32,000 bases of DNA from Tannockella kyphosi. GTDB taxonomy: Bacteria > Bacillota_I > Bacilli_A > Erysipelotrichales > Coprobacillaceae. Below are positions 1 to 11,718 of this stretch, in pieces (position 1 is the first letter of the stretch; every line of letters starts with the position of its first letter). The position numbers were made by a program, and so were the translations under genes. The stretch spans positions 1,470,001 to 1,502,000 of the forward strand of contig NZ_CP088239.1 of the NCBI RefSeq assembly GCF_021054785.1. Reading direction: 5' to 3'. The notes under the pieces were generated by a model. The model did not search any database. It worked only from the letters and a program-made list of their open reading frames with translations, and was not told the DNA's origin.

Positions 1-1740
<1,740 letters not shown>

Positions 1741-2059
1741 TATTGGTGTGTTGTACTTTCGTACACTTTTTTTGTTTTTTGTTTGCTTGAGTTACTATTT
1801 TTTTTGACTATTTATACGTTCGTATTTTTTGGTGTCTTTTTTAATAATAATCTTAGTTTTTCGACTTAAACTAGAAAGACCACAATTCTTAATTTATTAA
1901 TTATTCTGGTTTTAATCTTTCGATCTCTTTTTCTAATCTATTTCGCAATTTGTTATCCAGTTTTCAATGATCTCTTGAGTGAGAGTTTCACTCAAAACTA
2001 AACAGAAATTTTTCGAATTCACAACTTTGGTTACTACCTTGTTTTTTGTTTTACTCCTT
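1741..2059 (-). other. 16S-23S internal transcribed spacer without tRNA genes
   Basis: It lies between the 16S 3' end (2060) and the 23S 5' end (1740). It is AT/T-rich, and I saw no tRNA-like acceptor or T-arm sequence such as the GGGCTATAGCTCAG complement. Confidence 0.85.
1961..2008 (-). promoter_or_regulatory. Spacer copy of a boxA-like 15-mer (1961-1975) plus the 3' half of the 16S processing stem (1994-2008)
   Basis: ttttcaatgatctct at 1961-1975 is repeated exactly at 3686-3700. aaaactaaacagaaa at 1994-2008 is the perfect reverse complement of 3675-3689, so the two flank the 16S gene. The RNA reads CATTGAAAAC, similar to Firmicute boxA (CTTTGAAAAC). Confidence 0.6.
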
Positions 2060-3589
<1,530 letters not shown>

Positions 3590-3674
3590 TGTAAACAACT
3601 TCGTTGTTTTCTAGCTCTTTTGCTTTTGTTTTTTATCCTTTTGGATATTGACGTTGTGTTTTTAATTCTTAGTT

Positions 3675-3700
3675 TTTCTGTTTAGTTTTCAATGATCTCT
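3675..3700 (-). promoter_or_regulatory. rRNA leader: 5' half of the 16S processing stem (3675-3689) overlapping the boxA-like 15-mer (3686-3700)
   Basis: There is 15-bp perfect complementarity to 1994-2008 across the 16S gene, as expected for an RNase III-type processing stem. There is also an exact 15-nt direct repeat with 1961-1975. Confidence 0.6.
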
Positions 3701-3731
3701 CTTGTCGTCTTTTGTTTTTGCCGACTTGTTT

Positions 3732-3760
3732 ATAATACTTGATTCACTCTTTTTTGTCAA
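3732..3760 (-). promoter_or_regulatory. rRNA promoter, proximal (P2-like)
   Basis: The minus strand reads TTGACA (3760-3755), a 17-nt spacer, then TATTAT (3737-3732), about 140 nt upstream of the 16S 5' end. Confidence 0.6.
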
Positions 3761-3825
3761 TGACTTTTTGAACTTTTTTGAATTTCAATTCTCGTCGTTA
3801 TTTGTCTTTTCTCGAGTGCTCAGTT

Positions 3826-3854
3826 ATATTACCATGGACATCCCTACTTGTAAA
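3826..3854 (-). promoter_or_regulatory. rRNA promoter, distal (P1-like)
   Basis: The minus strand reads TTTACA (3854-3849), a 17-nt spacer, then TAATAT (3831-3826), with an A/T-rich upstream tract. It sits just downstream of the dtd stop codon. Confidence 0.5.
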
Positions 3855-3862
3855 GCATTTTG

Positions 3863-4312
3863 TTAAAAAAGTTTTTCACTATCTAAAACCACTGTGATTG
3901 GACCATCATTTATTAAGGATACTTTCATATCTCCACCAAAGACTCCTGTTTCCACATGAACACCTTTCATTACTAATTGTTCATTAAAGTAATCATATAA
4001 TGGTTTTGCAATCTCACCATTAGCCGCATCAATAAAACTTGGTCTTCTTCCTTTTTTACAATTAGCGTATAAAGTGAACTGAGAAATAGAAAGTATTTCA
4101 CCCTTTATATCTAATAAGGATAGATTAAGCTTCCCTTGATCATCTTCAAATATACGTAAATGAATTACTTTGTCCACCATTTTATCTATCAACTCTTTTG
4201 TATCACTTTGTGTAATACCCACCAATATCATAAAACCCTGCTTTATTTCCCCTACTATATTATTATCTACCTTCACACAGCTTTCACTAACTTTTTGAAT
4301 AACTAATTTCAT
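3863..4312 (-). CDS. dtd: D-aminoacyl-tRNA deacylase
   Basis: 149 aa. It has the typical Dtd N-terminus MKLVIQKV, the SQFTLYA motif and the C-terminal NDGPITV motif. Confidence 0.92.
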   Translation of the reverse strand: MKLVIQKVSESCVKVDNNIVGEIKQGFMILVGITQSDTKELIDKMVDKVIHLRIFEDDQGKLNLSLLDIKGEILSISQFTLYANCKKGRRPSFIDAANGEIAKPLYDYFNEQLVMKGVHVETGVFGGDMKVSLINDGPITVVLDSEKLF

Positions 4313-4388
4313 AACTGTTCCTCCTATTTTAAAATAATTTATGTTATACTAATTATACTTACTATATATAAAAAGAAAAGGAGAAAAT

Positions 4389-5660
4389 ATGTATACGACA
4401 CTCGCTCATAACATGCGCCCTACTACCATTCGTGAAATATTAGGTCAAGAACACCTTGTTTCAAAAGGTGCTCTATTACTAAAGATGGTAGAAACTAAAA
4501 GACCCTTTTCTACTATTTTCTATGGTCCACCTGGTTGTGGAAAAACAACTCTAGCTACTTGTCTAGCAAATGACTTAGGTATTCCTTATAAAATATTCAA
4601 CGCTTCTACTGGAAATAAGAAGGAAATGGATATTATTATTGAACAAGCAAAGGTTAGTGATGGTCTTTTTGTAATTATAGATGAGGTACATCGTTTAAAT
4701 AAGGATAAACAAGATCATTTATTACCACATATTGAAAATGGATTATTAGTAATAGCTGGTTGTACTACCGCCAACCCTTTTCATTCCATTAATCCTGCAA
4801 TTCGTTCTCGTTGTCATATTTTAGAAGTAAAGCCTCTAGAAGTGAACAACATAATAAAAGGACTAACTAATTCATTAACTAGTCCCAGAGGATTGAATAA
4901 TCTTTATAAAGCAGATGATGAAGTATTAGAAAAAATAGCTAATTACAGTGGTGGAGATATTCGTTATGCATATAACTGTTTAGAAGTATGTTCGATCACT
5001 GCAACAAATAATACTATTACAATGGATGATGTTATAAAATCCAACTTACAAGCAAATAGTCAATTTGACAAGGATGAAGATCAATATTACGATACTTTAA
5101 GTGGATTACAAAAATCAATCAGAGGAAGTGATGTAAATGGCGCAATGTATTATTTTGCTAAATTAATCGATGCTGGAGATATGGAATCTTTAGAAAGAAG
5201 ATTAGTTACTACTGCATATGAAGATATTGGTTTAGCCAATCCAAATGCATGCATGCGCACTGTGACTGCTTTTCAAGCAGCAAAGGTAATTGGTTTTCCA
5301 GAAGCACGCATCCCTATTGCTAGCGCTATTATTGATTTATGTTTATCACCTAAATCAAAATCTGGAGAAATAGCAATTGACTCCGCCTTACAAACATTAC
5401 GAACTCATCCCCTTCCTGCACCAAGATATTTACGACTTACACCCGTTGGTTTAGAAGAAGATGAAAAATATCAATACGACCGTCCAGAACTGTGGGAATA
5501 TATCCAATATCTACCAGACCCTATTGCTAATCAACAATTTTATGTTCCGTGGCTAACTAGTTCTTATGAAAAAGCATTGGCACAAAATTATGAACGTTTA
5601 TTGAAACATGGTCGCACAAACAATATAAAAGCACTTAATAACCAAAAGAAAAAAGCTTAA
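4389..5660 (+). CDS. rarA: Replication-associated recombination protein A (MgsA/RarA AAA+ ATPase)
   Basis: 423 aa with Walker A GPPGCGKTTLA and Walker B IIDEVHRLNK. The C-terminal MgsA-type helical domain is present (YYDTLSGLQKSIRGSD, LERRLVTTAYEDIGLANP). An RBS aaaggaga lies upstream of the ATG. Confidence 0.93.
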   Translation: MYTTLAHNMRPTTIREILGQEHLVSKGALLLKMVETKRPFSTIFYGPPGCGKTTLATCLANDLGIPYKIFNASTGNKKEMDIIIEQAKVSDGLFVIIDEVHRLNKDKQDHLLPHIENGLLVIAGCTTANPFHSINPAIRSRCHILEVKPLEVNNIIKGLTNSLTSPRGLNNLYKADDEVLEKIANYSGGDIRYAYNCLEVCSITATNNTITMDDVIKSNLQANSQFDKDEDQYYDTLSGLQKSIRGSDVNGAMYYFAKLIDAGDMESLERRLVTTAYEDIGLANPNACMRTVTAFQAAKVIGFPEARIPIASAIIDLCLSPKSKSGEIAIDSALQTLRTHPLPAPRYLRLTPVGLEEDEKYQYDRPELWEYIQYLPDPIANQQFYVPWLTSSYEKALAQNYERLLKHGRTNNIKALNNQKKKA

Positions 5661-5671
5661 TAGCTTTTTTT
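5649..5671. terminator. Weak bidirectional hairpin shared by the convergent rarA and Rrf2 genes
   Basis: aaaaaagct-taat-agctttttt forms an A/T-extended stem flanked by an A-run and a T-run, with the rarA TAA stop in the loop. Only the 4-bp agct core (2 G:C pairs) is G/C-containing, so termination efficiency is uncertain. Confidence 0.4.
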
Positions 5672-5767
5672 CTTTTCGTTATTAATAAGTTTATATTAAA
5701 ACAACAATATATTTTCCTTCCTTATATAAGTACCTACATCTATTTCTTATTTGGCGGGGGTCTTTTT

Positions 5768-6157
5768 TTATTTTTTTTCATTCGCAAGATCTTCCAAAGT
5801 AAAAGAATCTAAATAATCATATATCACATCCCTTAGACCTTGCCATAAATCAAATGATTCTAGTTCAGCATCATGATGCAAGTCCTCTAGTTTAACAGGA
5901 CTTAAATCACCTTCTACAACTTCTAATATTTCTGTAATCAAATAATCTTCTGCTGGTTTTATAAGACTATAACCACCCTTTACACCTCTTCGAGACACAA
6001 CCATTTTTGCTTTTGTTAATTTGGTTACTATGTGTTCTAGGTATTTTAGTGATATTTCCTCTTTGTCAGCAACATCTTTTAATGATACGCTTTTGTCTTC
6101 CCTGTGATTTGCTAGATGAATCATAAATCGCAAAGCATATCTACCTCTAGTAGACAT
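5768..6157 (-). CDS. Rrf2-family transcriptional regulator, cysteine-less (CymR-like rather than Fe-S IscR-like)
   Basis: It has the Rrf2 N-terminus MSTRGRYALRFMIHLA and a winged-helix region (ISLKYLEHIVTKLTKAKMVVSRRGVKGGYSL). I chose the ATG at 6157, which follows GGGAGGAT..AGGTGAAA, rather than the ORF-track start at 6205. The protein contains no Cys. Confidence 0.85.
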   Translation of the reverse strand: MSTRGRYALRFMIHLANHREDKSVSLKDVADKEEISLKYLEHIVTKLTKAKMVVSRRGVKGGYSLIKPAEDYLITEILEVVEGDLSPVKLEDLHHDAELESFDLWQGLRDVIYDYLDSFTLEDLANEKK

Positions 6158-6553
6158 TTTCACCTGATATCCTCCCTTATTGTCAAAGTATACTAAAGCC
6201 AACACTCACTACCAATAAACATGATGATAATTTCTATCATACAATAATTATATCAACCCCTCACTTATTTAATACCAATTATATTCGTATTTGAATTACT
6301 TATATTTTATACCCTTATTAAATGAAAACATATCCCTTTGGTTCGAAAGAATAGTTTACTTGTTTGAATTATCTATTGTATAAAAGTCACTTTTTACTCA
6401 TTTTAATAGCTAAATACAAAAAAACATTGATGAAATCATACTTTTTTTCAATCTTACACTTTTATTCATAAAAATAACGACTAATACTAATAAATTTCTT
6501 TATTTACATATTTTTATCTTATGTATCAAAAGTTGAAATTCATACCATAATCG

Positions 6554-6582
6554 TTGCATTTTATAACATGATTTTATATAAT
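6554..6582 (+). promoter_or_regulatory. Sigma-A-type promoter for the LytTR/histidine kinase operon
   Basis: TTGCAT (6554-6559), a 17-nt spacer, then TATAAT (6577-6582), 30 nt upstream of the ATG at 6613. Confidence 0.55.
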
Positions 6583-6612
6583 GGATAAACAAATTTAAAA
6601 GGAGTGATAACC

Positions 6613-7314
6613 ATGCATATTGCTATTTGTGACGATAACATCCAGGAAATAACTACTATTATCAGTTTACTTGATAACTACCAAATCAAACACAATCAAG
6701 AAATTACTTATGACGCCTTTGACAACGCTAAGACATTATTAAATTCGATATCAAAACATTCTTATGATCTATTACTTTTAGATATTGTCATGCCTGAAAT
6801 ATCAGGCATTGAAGTAGCTAGTAAAATTCGTGAATTTGATAAAGATATTCCTATTGTTTTTTTAACAATGTCTCCAGAGTTTGCTATAACAAGTTATCGC
6901 CTTCATGCAAAAGATTATTTACTAAAACCAGTGGATAAAAAATTGTTATTTGATATTTTAGACAGCCTGAAAGAAACAAAAGAAGACTTTATACTTATAA
7001 AATCAAATGATGCCATTAAACAAATAGTATTAAATGATATTGTTTATATTGAGGTAGTATCTCGTAAGGTTTGGATATATTTAAAAGATGGTACTACGAT
7101 GGTATCTCCTGGAACTTTATTTCAGTTAGAAGCTAAACTTTCGATGTATTGCCAATTCTACAAACCACATCGCTGTTATTTAATTAATTTTGAACATGTT
7201 ATAAAAATAGATAAAGAAGGTATTCACACAAGTATAAATACCATTATTCCTGTACCTCGTTCTAGTTTTGTAAAAACAAAAAATGATTACATGAATTATT
7301 TTATGACTAGGTGA
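6613..7314 (+). CDS. LytR/AlgR-family (LytTR DNA-binding domain) response regulator
   Basis: The receiver domain has IAICDD, LLLDIVMPEISG and a conserved K (LLKP). The C-terminal LytTR domain has IVYIEV..RKV.IYL and FYKPHRCYLINFEHV. An RBS aaaaggag lies 8 nt upstream of the ATG at 6613. Confidence 0.9.
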   Translation: MHIAICDDNIQEITTIISLLDNYQIKHNQEITYDAFDNAKTLLNSISKHSYDLLLLDIVMPEISGIEVASKIREFDKDIPIVFLTMSPEFAITSYRLHAKDYLLKPVDKKLLFDILDSLKETKEDFILIKSNDAIKQIVLNDIVYIEVVSRKVWIYLKDGTTMVSPGTLFQLEAKLSMYCQFYKPHRCYLINFEHVIKIDKEGIHTSINTIIPVPRSSFVKTKNDYMNYFMTR

Positions 7315-7319
7315 ATAAT

Positions 7320-9017
7320 ATGAAAAAATATATCAAGAACACTTATTATCCCTTCTATTCATTGCATTGTATTTTTAAGAAAAAAGAAAATGCATTTTTA
7401 ACAAAGCTTGTTAAAAGAAATAGTTTTATCATTATATTTGCAGCAATTTCAGCTATCTTCTTTCAAATAATTAATATTTCACGCGTTTTTTTCAGTGCAT
7501 CAAAACTATCTACATTAAACAACCGCATTTATTTTAGTTTCTATACTTCTTTATTGATTGTTTCTCTTCTTGTTTTTATTATTCATGTATCAAATAAAGC
7601 ATCTTATAAAAAGCTATATTTAACACAATATATAAGTGTTGTTTTTTATATCTATTGGAACTTATTATTAAACTCTTACAATATCACTAGAAACGCCTCA
7701 GGTTCCAGTACTATATTTATAAGCGCCTTTCTATTTTGTTCTGTATTAATGCGCTTTAAACTACAACATATTATCTTTTTACAGATAACATCTTTTTTAA
7801 GTTTTGTTTTCATTAATTTAGATTTTACAATTTATAATAGTTTCTTTGATTTAATGGTTATTGTTCTTTTTTCTAGTTTTTGTTCCATTGTTTTGTTTTT
7901 TCAAGAAGTACGTTCTTTGGAAAATGAAGATGAGTTAATGATAGTAAATGACTTACTTAAAAAAGAACAAGATAATCTGCGTTTAAGTTTAGAAAAATAT
8001 AATTATATCGTAAACAAAACCAATGTATTGAGTTTTGATTGGAACTTAGAAACTAATATTCTAACTCCTTCTAACAACTGTATTCAAGTGATAGGTCTTC
8101 CTAATTTTGTTTATAATCCCGGAGAAACATTACTTGCTACAAAGAAAATACATAAAGAAGATCGAAACACTTGTCTAGAATTGATCAAGCAATGCATTCA
8201 AACTTTATCTGCTCAATCCATGGATATCCGATTTTTACATGCTGATAATAAATATCATTGGTATCAATTACAACTTTTCGTACAAACAAATCAAAATAAT
8301 AAGCCAACTAGTATTACTGGTACCTTATTAAATATTGATGAACCTACCCGTATTATTAACAACCTCAATAAACAATTAACTACTCAGTTTGAAGGTTCTA
8401 AACAATATTTAGATCAGTTAAAAGATTCTCAAGAACAAACGAAAATATATCGTCACGATATGCGTCACTCTCTAGCATTAATTGAGCAACTTGCAGCTTC
8501 AGGTGATTTAGATAAACTTTGTTCTTATTTGTCACAAACGCACAATAATTTGAATTCTATTACACCTCATTGTTATTGTGAAAATAAAACTGTAAATTTA
8601 ATCCTTGTTTCTTTTGCATCAAAAGCAAAAGAATTAGATATTTTATTTGATACAAATGTCTCTTTACCTGAATTGATCGTACTTAGTGATGTTGAACTAT
8701 CTTCTCTATTGTTTAACCTTTTAGAAAATGCTATCATTGCAACCAGTAAGGTAGAACAAAAAAATAGATACATTAAAATAAAAGCAAACTATCATCTTGA
8801 AAAACTACTACTATTTGTAGAAAATAGTTTTGAAGGAACTGTTTCATTTGATAATGAGAACCTACCTATTACACCTAATAATAAAGAGGAACATGGGTTT
8901 GGTATAAAAAGTATTATTTCAATTGTTGAAAAGCATCAAGGTGTCTATTCATTTGAAACGATCGACTCTATCTTTTATGCTAAAGTCATGCTTTCCCCAA
9001 CAAAGAGCAACCCTTAG
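7320..9017 (+). CDS. Membrane sensor histidine kinase, HPK10 (AgrC/ComD-like GHKL) type with an internal PAS-like domain
   Basis: About 6 hydrophobic helices are followed by a coiled coil and a PAS-like block (LSFDWNLETN...IHKEDRN...YHWYQLQL). The H-box is YRHDMRHSL, the N-box is LLFNLLENAI and the G-box is HGFGIKSI. The ATG at 7320 follows AGGTGA, and the RR stop TGA (7312-7314) lies 5 nt upstream. Confidence 0.85.
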   Translation: MKKYIKNTYYPFYSLHCIFKKKENAFLTKLVKRNSFIIIFAAISAIFFQIINISRVFFSASKLSTLNNRIYFSFYTSLLIVSLLVFIIHVSNKASYKKLYLTQYISVVFYIYWNLLLNSYNITRNASGSSTIFISAFLFCSVLMRFKLQHIIFLQITSFLSFVFINLDFTIYNSFFDLMVIVLFSSFCSIVLFFQEVRSLENEDELMIVNDLLKKEQDNLRLSLEKYNYIVNKTNVLSFDWNLETNILTPSNNCIQVIGLPNFVYNPGETLLATKKIHKEDRNTCLELIKQCIQTLSAQSMDIRFLHADNKYHWYQLQLFVQTNQNNKPTSITGTLLNIDEPTRIINNLNKQLTTQFEGSKQYLDQLKDSQEQTKIYRHDMRHSLALIEQLAASGDLDKLCSYLSQTHNNLNSITPHCYCENKTVNLILVSFASKAKELDILFDTNVSLPELIVLSDVELSSLLFNLLENAIIATSKVEQKNRYIKIKANYHLEKLLLFVENSFEGTVSFDNENLPITPNNKEEHGFGIKSIISIVEKHQGVYSFETIDSIFYAKVMLSPTKSNP

Positions 9018-9028
9018 GATTGCTCTTT
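9002..9028. terminator. Hairpin spanning the overlapping stop codons of the convergent kinase and miaA genes
   Basis: aaagagcaa (9002-9010) pairs with ttgctcttt (9020-9028) around the 9-nt loop cccttagga, which holds both stop codons (TAG 9015-9017 on +, TAA 9016-9014 on -). T-rich sequence follows on both strands. Confidence 0.45.
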
Positions 9029-9934
9029 TATAATATACTGTTTTGCCTCTTTTATTGTTTGTTCAAAGTTTTCAATACAAATAGTAATCCAATACATTTC
9101 AAACTGATTTTTAAACCAAGTATATTGCCTCTTCGCTAAATTACGGGAATGTTGTTGAATTAAGGAAACTGTTTGTTCTAAAGATTGTTTATCTTCTATA
9201 TAGTCAAACCACTCCTTATACCCAATCCCTTTCATGCTTTGGTCTTCTCTTTGCATTCCAGCATCTATTAACTGTTCCACTTCTTTTTCTAGACCATTTT
9301 CCATCATAACATGTACCCGTTGGTCAATTCTTTGATACAAAACATCACGAGGTAATGTTAATCCAATAAAAAGTGCATTATACAAGCAAACATGTTCTTG
9401 TTTTTCATGATTTTCACTTTTCGTAATACCGGTTGTTTCAAATATTTCAATAGCTCGAACAATGCGACGTCGGTTATTTGGATGTAATTCTTTTGCACTA
9501 TTTTCATCAATGGTTTGTAGGTATTGATGTAATTGTTCATTTGAATATTCTTCAAACTTCTTAGTATAAGCTTCATGATCTGTTTCGCTTTCTTCGAAAG
9601 TATAATCATACAAAGCTGCTTTTATATACAAACCTGTTCCACCAACAATAATAGGAAGTTTCCCTCTAGAAGTGATATCTTGAATATAGAAACGAACTTG
9701 TTCCTGAAATTCTTTGACACTATAACTTTCTTTTGGATCTTTGATATCAATTAAATAGTGAACTATTCCCTGAGCTTCTTCTTTCGTTACTTTCGCAGTA
9801 CCAATATCCATAGTACGATATACTTGCATTGAATCACCACTAATTACTTCGCCATTAAATTCTTTGGCTAGCTCTACTCCTAGTTTTGTCTTACCAACAC
9901 TTGTTGGTCCTACAATTACGATTACTTTTTCCAT
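9014..9934 (-). CDS. miaA: tRNA dimethylallyltransferase
   Basis: 306 aa with the P-loop GPTSVGKT, SGDSMQVY, and the IVGGTGLY motif. The start ATG overlaps the mutL stop (TAATG). Confidence 0.93.
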   Translation of the reverse strand: MEKVIVIVGPTSVGKTKLGVELAKEFNGEVISGDSMQVYRTMDIGTAKVTKEEAQGIVHYLIDIKDPKESYSVKEFQEQVRFYIQDITSRGKLPIIVGGTGLYIKAALYDYTFEESETDHEAYTKKFEEYSNEQLHQYLQTIDENSAKELHPNNRRRIVRAIEIFETTGITKSENHEKQEHVCLYNALFIGLTLPRDVLYQRIDQRVHVMMENGLEKEVEQLIDAGMQREDQSMKGIGYKEWFDYIEDKQSLEQTVSLIQQHSRNLAKRQYTWFKNQFEMYWITICIENFEQTIKEAKQYIIKEQS

Positions 9935-11709
9935 TAAACCACCCTTTTAAATAACTTTTCTAGTTCATAAGCACTATATCGTATAAGTGTTGGTCTTCCA
10001 TGAGGACAAACATATGGATTATCACAACACATTAAATCATCTAACAATTGTTGCATAGCCATCAATGATAAATGAGAATTTCCTTTTAAAGAAGCTTTGC
10101 AACTAAGCATTGCAATCGCATCTTTTTGTAATTCTAATAAATCTACTTTGTTATGCTTGATAACTTGTTCTATCATAGATTCAATAAATAATAACTCATC
10201 GACATTCTTCATCCATACCGGTAACTGTTTTACAATAAAACTAGTCGTACCAAACATCTCTAAATAAATTCCAACATCATACAAATAATGTTTCTTCTCT
10301 TCAATTACTGCTATTTGACTGCTCGGATATTCTAAAACAATTGGCACTAACAAATCTTGTTTTCGAGTATCTTGTTTTTGATACATATCACAGAAATATT
10401 CATAATTAACTCTTTCTTTGGCAGCATGTTGGTCTACCAAATACAATGCATCCTCATCTTGAGCTACTATATACGTACCATGAACTTGTCCTTGGGCAAA
10501 TAACTTTTGTTTAAGTTTACGTTCTACCACTTCTTCTTTTACAAATTCTTTTATTTCTGTTGGTTTCTTTATTTCCTCTTGTCTATTACAAGTTTCACTT
10601 GGAATAGAGTCAACAGGTTCAATAGTTACAGAAGGTGTTGTTAGATATTCAAAATCAAATGATTGTTGAATATCTTTAAATTGAAATGTTGGCTTTTTTA
10701 TTTCTTCTTTTATTTCATAAGTTAAATCCTTTTGTTGTAATGCTTTCTGGAATCCCTCTAATAAAAGTTCCTTTAATTTATTTTCTTTAGAAAAACGAAC
10801 TTCCATTTTAGCAGGATGGACATTTACATCAACTAAATAAGGATCAATATCAATATTAATAAACGCTAATGGATAACGTTTATCAAATAAGTAACTTTTA
10901 TAAGTTTGCACAATCGCATCAATCGTCACTTGATTCTTTACAACACGATGATTTACTAAAGTAATAATATCTTTCTTACTAGCCCTAGTAATATCAATCT
11001 TTGATAAATAACCACTTATATGAAATTCTTCATCCTTAAAATCAACTGCTATCATATTCTTAGCGATAGATAAACCATATTGACTACTAATTACCTCTAA
11101 TATATTCCCACTACCATTACTTTGATAAATAGCTTTGTTATTATGTACCAGAGAAAAAGAAATACAAGGATAAGACAACGCTATTTTTTCAATATATGCT
11201 TGTATATGAGAAAACTCAACATTGGAAGATTTCATATATTTTAATCTTGCTGGCACATTTTGAAATAATCTTTCTACCTTAATACTTGTTCCAGTTTGTT
11301 GAAAACAAGTAGATACTTGAGAACATGTTCCATAATGATATTCCACCATCGTACCTTCACTACCTCTTGAAGTCTTTAATGTCATATGACAAATAGATGC
11401 AATAGAAGGCATTGCTTCTCCACGGAATCCTAAGGTTTGAATACAAAATAAATCTTCATCTTTTTTTATTTTACTTGTAGCATGTGGATAAAAGCACAGT
11501 TCTGCATCTTTTTTATCCATACCTTCTCCATTATCAATAACCCATATTGATTGAAGACCACCGTCTTCAATTAATATATCTATTTTTGTACTAGATGCAT
11601 CAATACTGTTTTCTACCAATTCTTTAACTACATTCATTGGTCTTTCGATTACTTCTCCAGCTGCTATCTTACTTGCAAGAACATCATCTAATTGTTTTAT
11701 TTTTGACAA
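9934..11709 (-). CDS. mutL: DNA mismatch repair endonuclease MutL
   Basis: 591 aa. The N-terminus has KIAAGEVIERP and GFRGEA (GHKL ATPase). The C-terminus has the endonuclease motif DQHAAKERVNYE and CPHGRP. The start codon is TTG (11709-11707), preceded by AGGTG. Confidence 0.95.
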   Translation of the reverse strand: MSKIKQLDDVLASKIAAGEVIERPMNVVKELVENSIDASSTKIDILIEDGGLQSIWVIDNGEGMDKKDAELCFYPHATSKIKKDEDLFCIQTLGFRGEAMPSIASICHMTLKTSRGSEGTMVEYHYGTCSQVSTCFQQTGTSIKVERLFQNVPARLKYMKSSNVEFSHIQAYIEKIALSYPCISFSLVHNNKAIYQSNGSGNILEVISSQYGLSIAKNMIAVDFKDEEFHISGYLSKIDITRASKKDIITLVNHRVVKNQVTIDAIVQTYKSYLFDKRYPLAFINIDIDPYLVDVNVHPAKMEVRFSKENKLKELLLEGFQKALQQKDLTYEIKEEIKKPTFQFKDIQQSFDFEYLTTPSVTIEPVDSIPSETCNRQEEIKKPTEIKEFVKEEVVERKLKQKLFAQGQVHGTYIVAQDEDALYLVDQHAAKERVNYEYFCDMYQKQDTRKQDLLVPIVLEYPSSQIAVIEEKKHYLYDVGIYLEMFGTTSFIVKQLPVWMKNVDELLFIESMIEQVIKHNKVDLLELQKDAIAMLSCKASLKGNSHLSLMAMQQLLDDLMCCDNPYVCPHGRPTLIRYSAYELEKLFKRVV

Positions 11710-11718
11710 AGTTTACAC

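Noticed and set aside
1741-2059. Possible tRNA-Ile/tRNA-Ala genes in the 16S-23S spacer
   Set aside because: No acceptor-stem or T-loop (GGTTCGA-type) sequences are visible on the minus strand, and the spacer is T-rich filler with small hairpins only. This should still be confirmed with tRNAscan-SE.
6206-6612. Small ORFs that could encode an autoinducing peptide for the LytTR system. Examples are MKSYFFSILHFYS at 6431 on the + strand and two 19-aa ORFs on the minus strand.
   Set aside because: None has a Shine-Dalgarno sequence at a workable distance, and none shows a double-glycine leader or AgrD-like features. No AgrB or ABC exporter gene is nearby.
8573-9609. ORFs 8573-8773 (-) and 9358-9609 (-)
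   Set aside because: The first is antisense to the kinase gene and the second is an alternative frame inside miaA. Both are AT-rich and low-complexity. The overlapped genes have clear family signatures.
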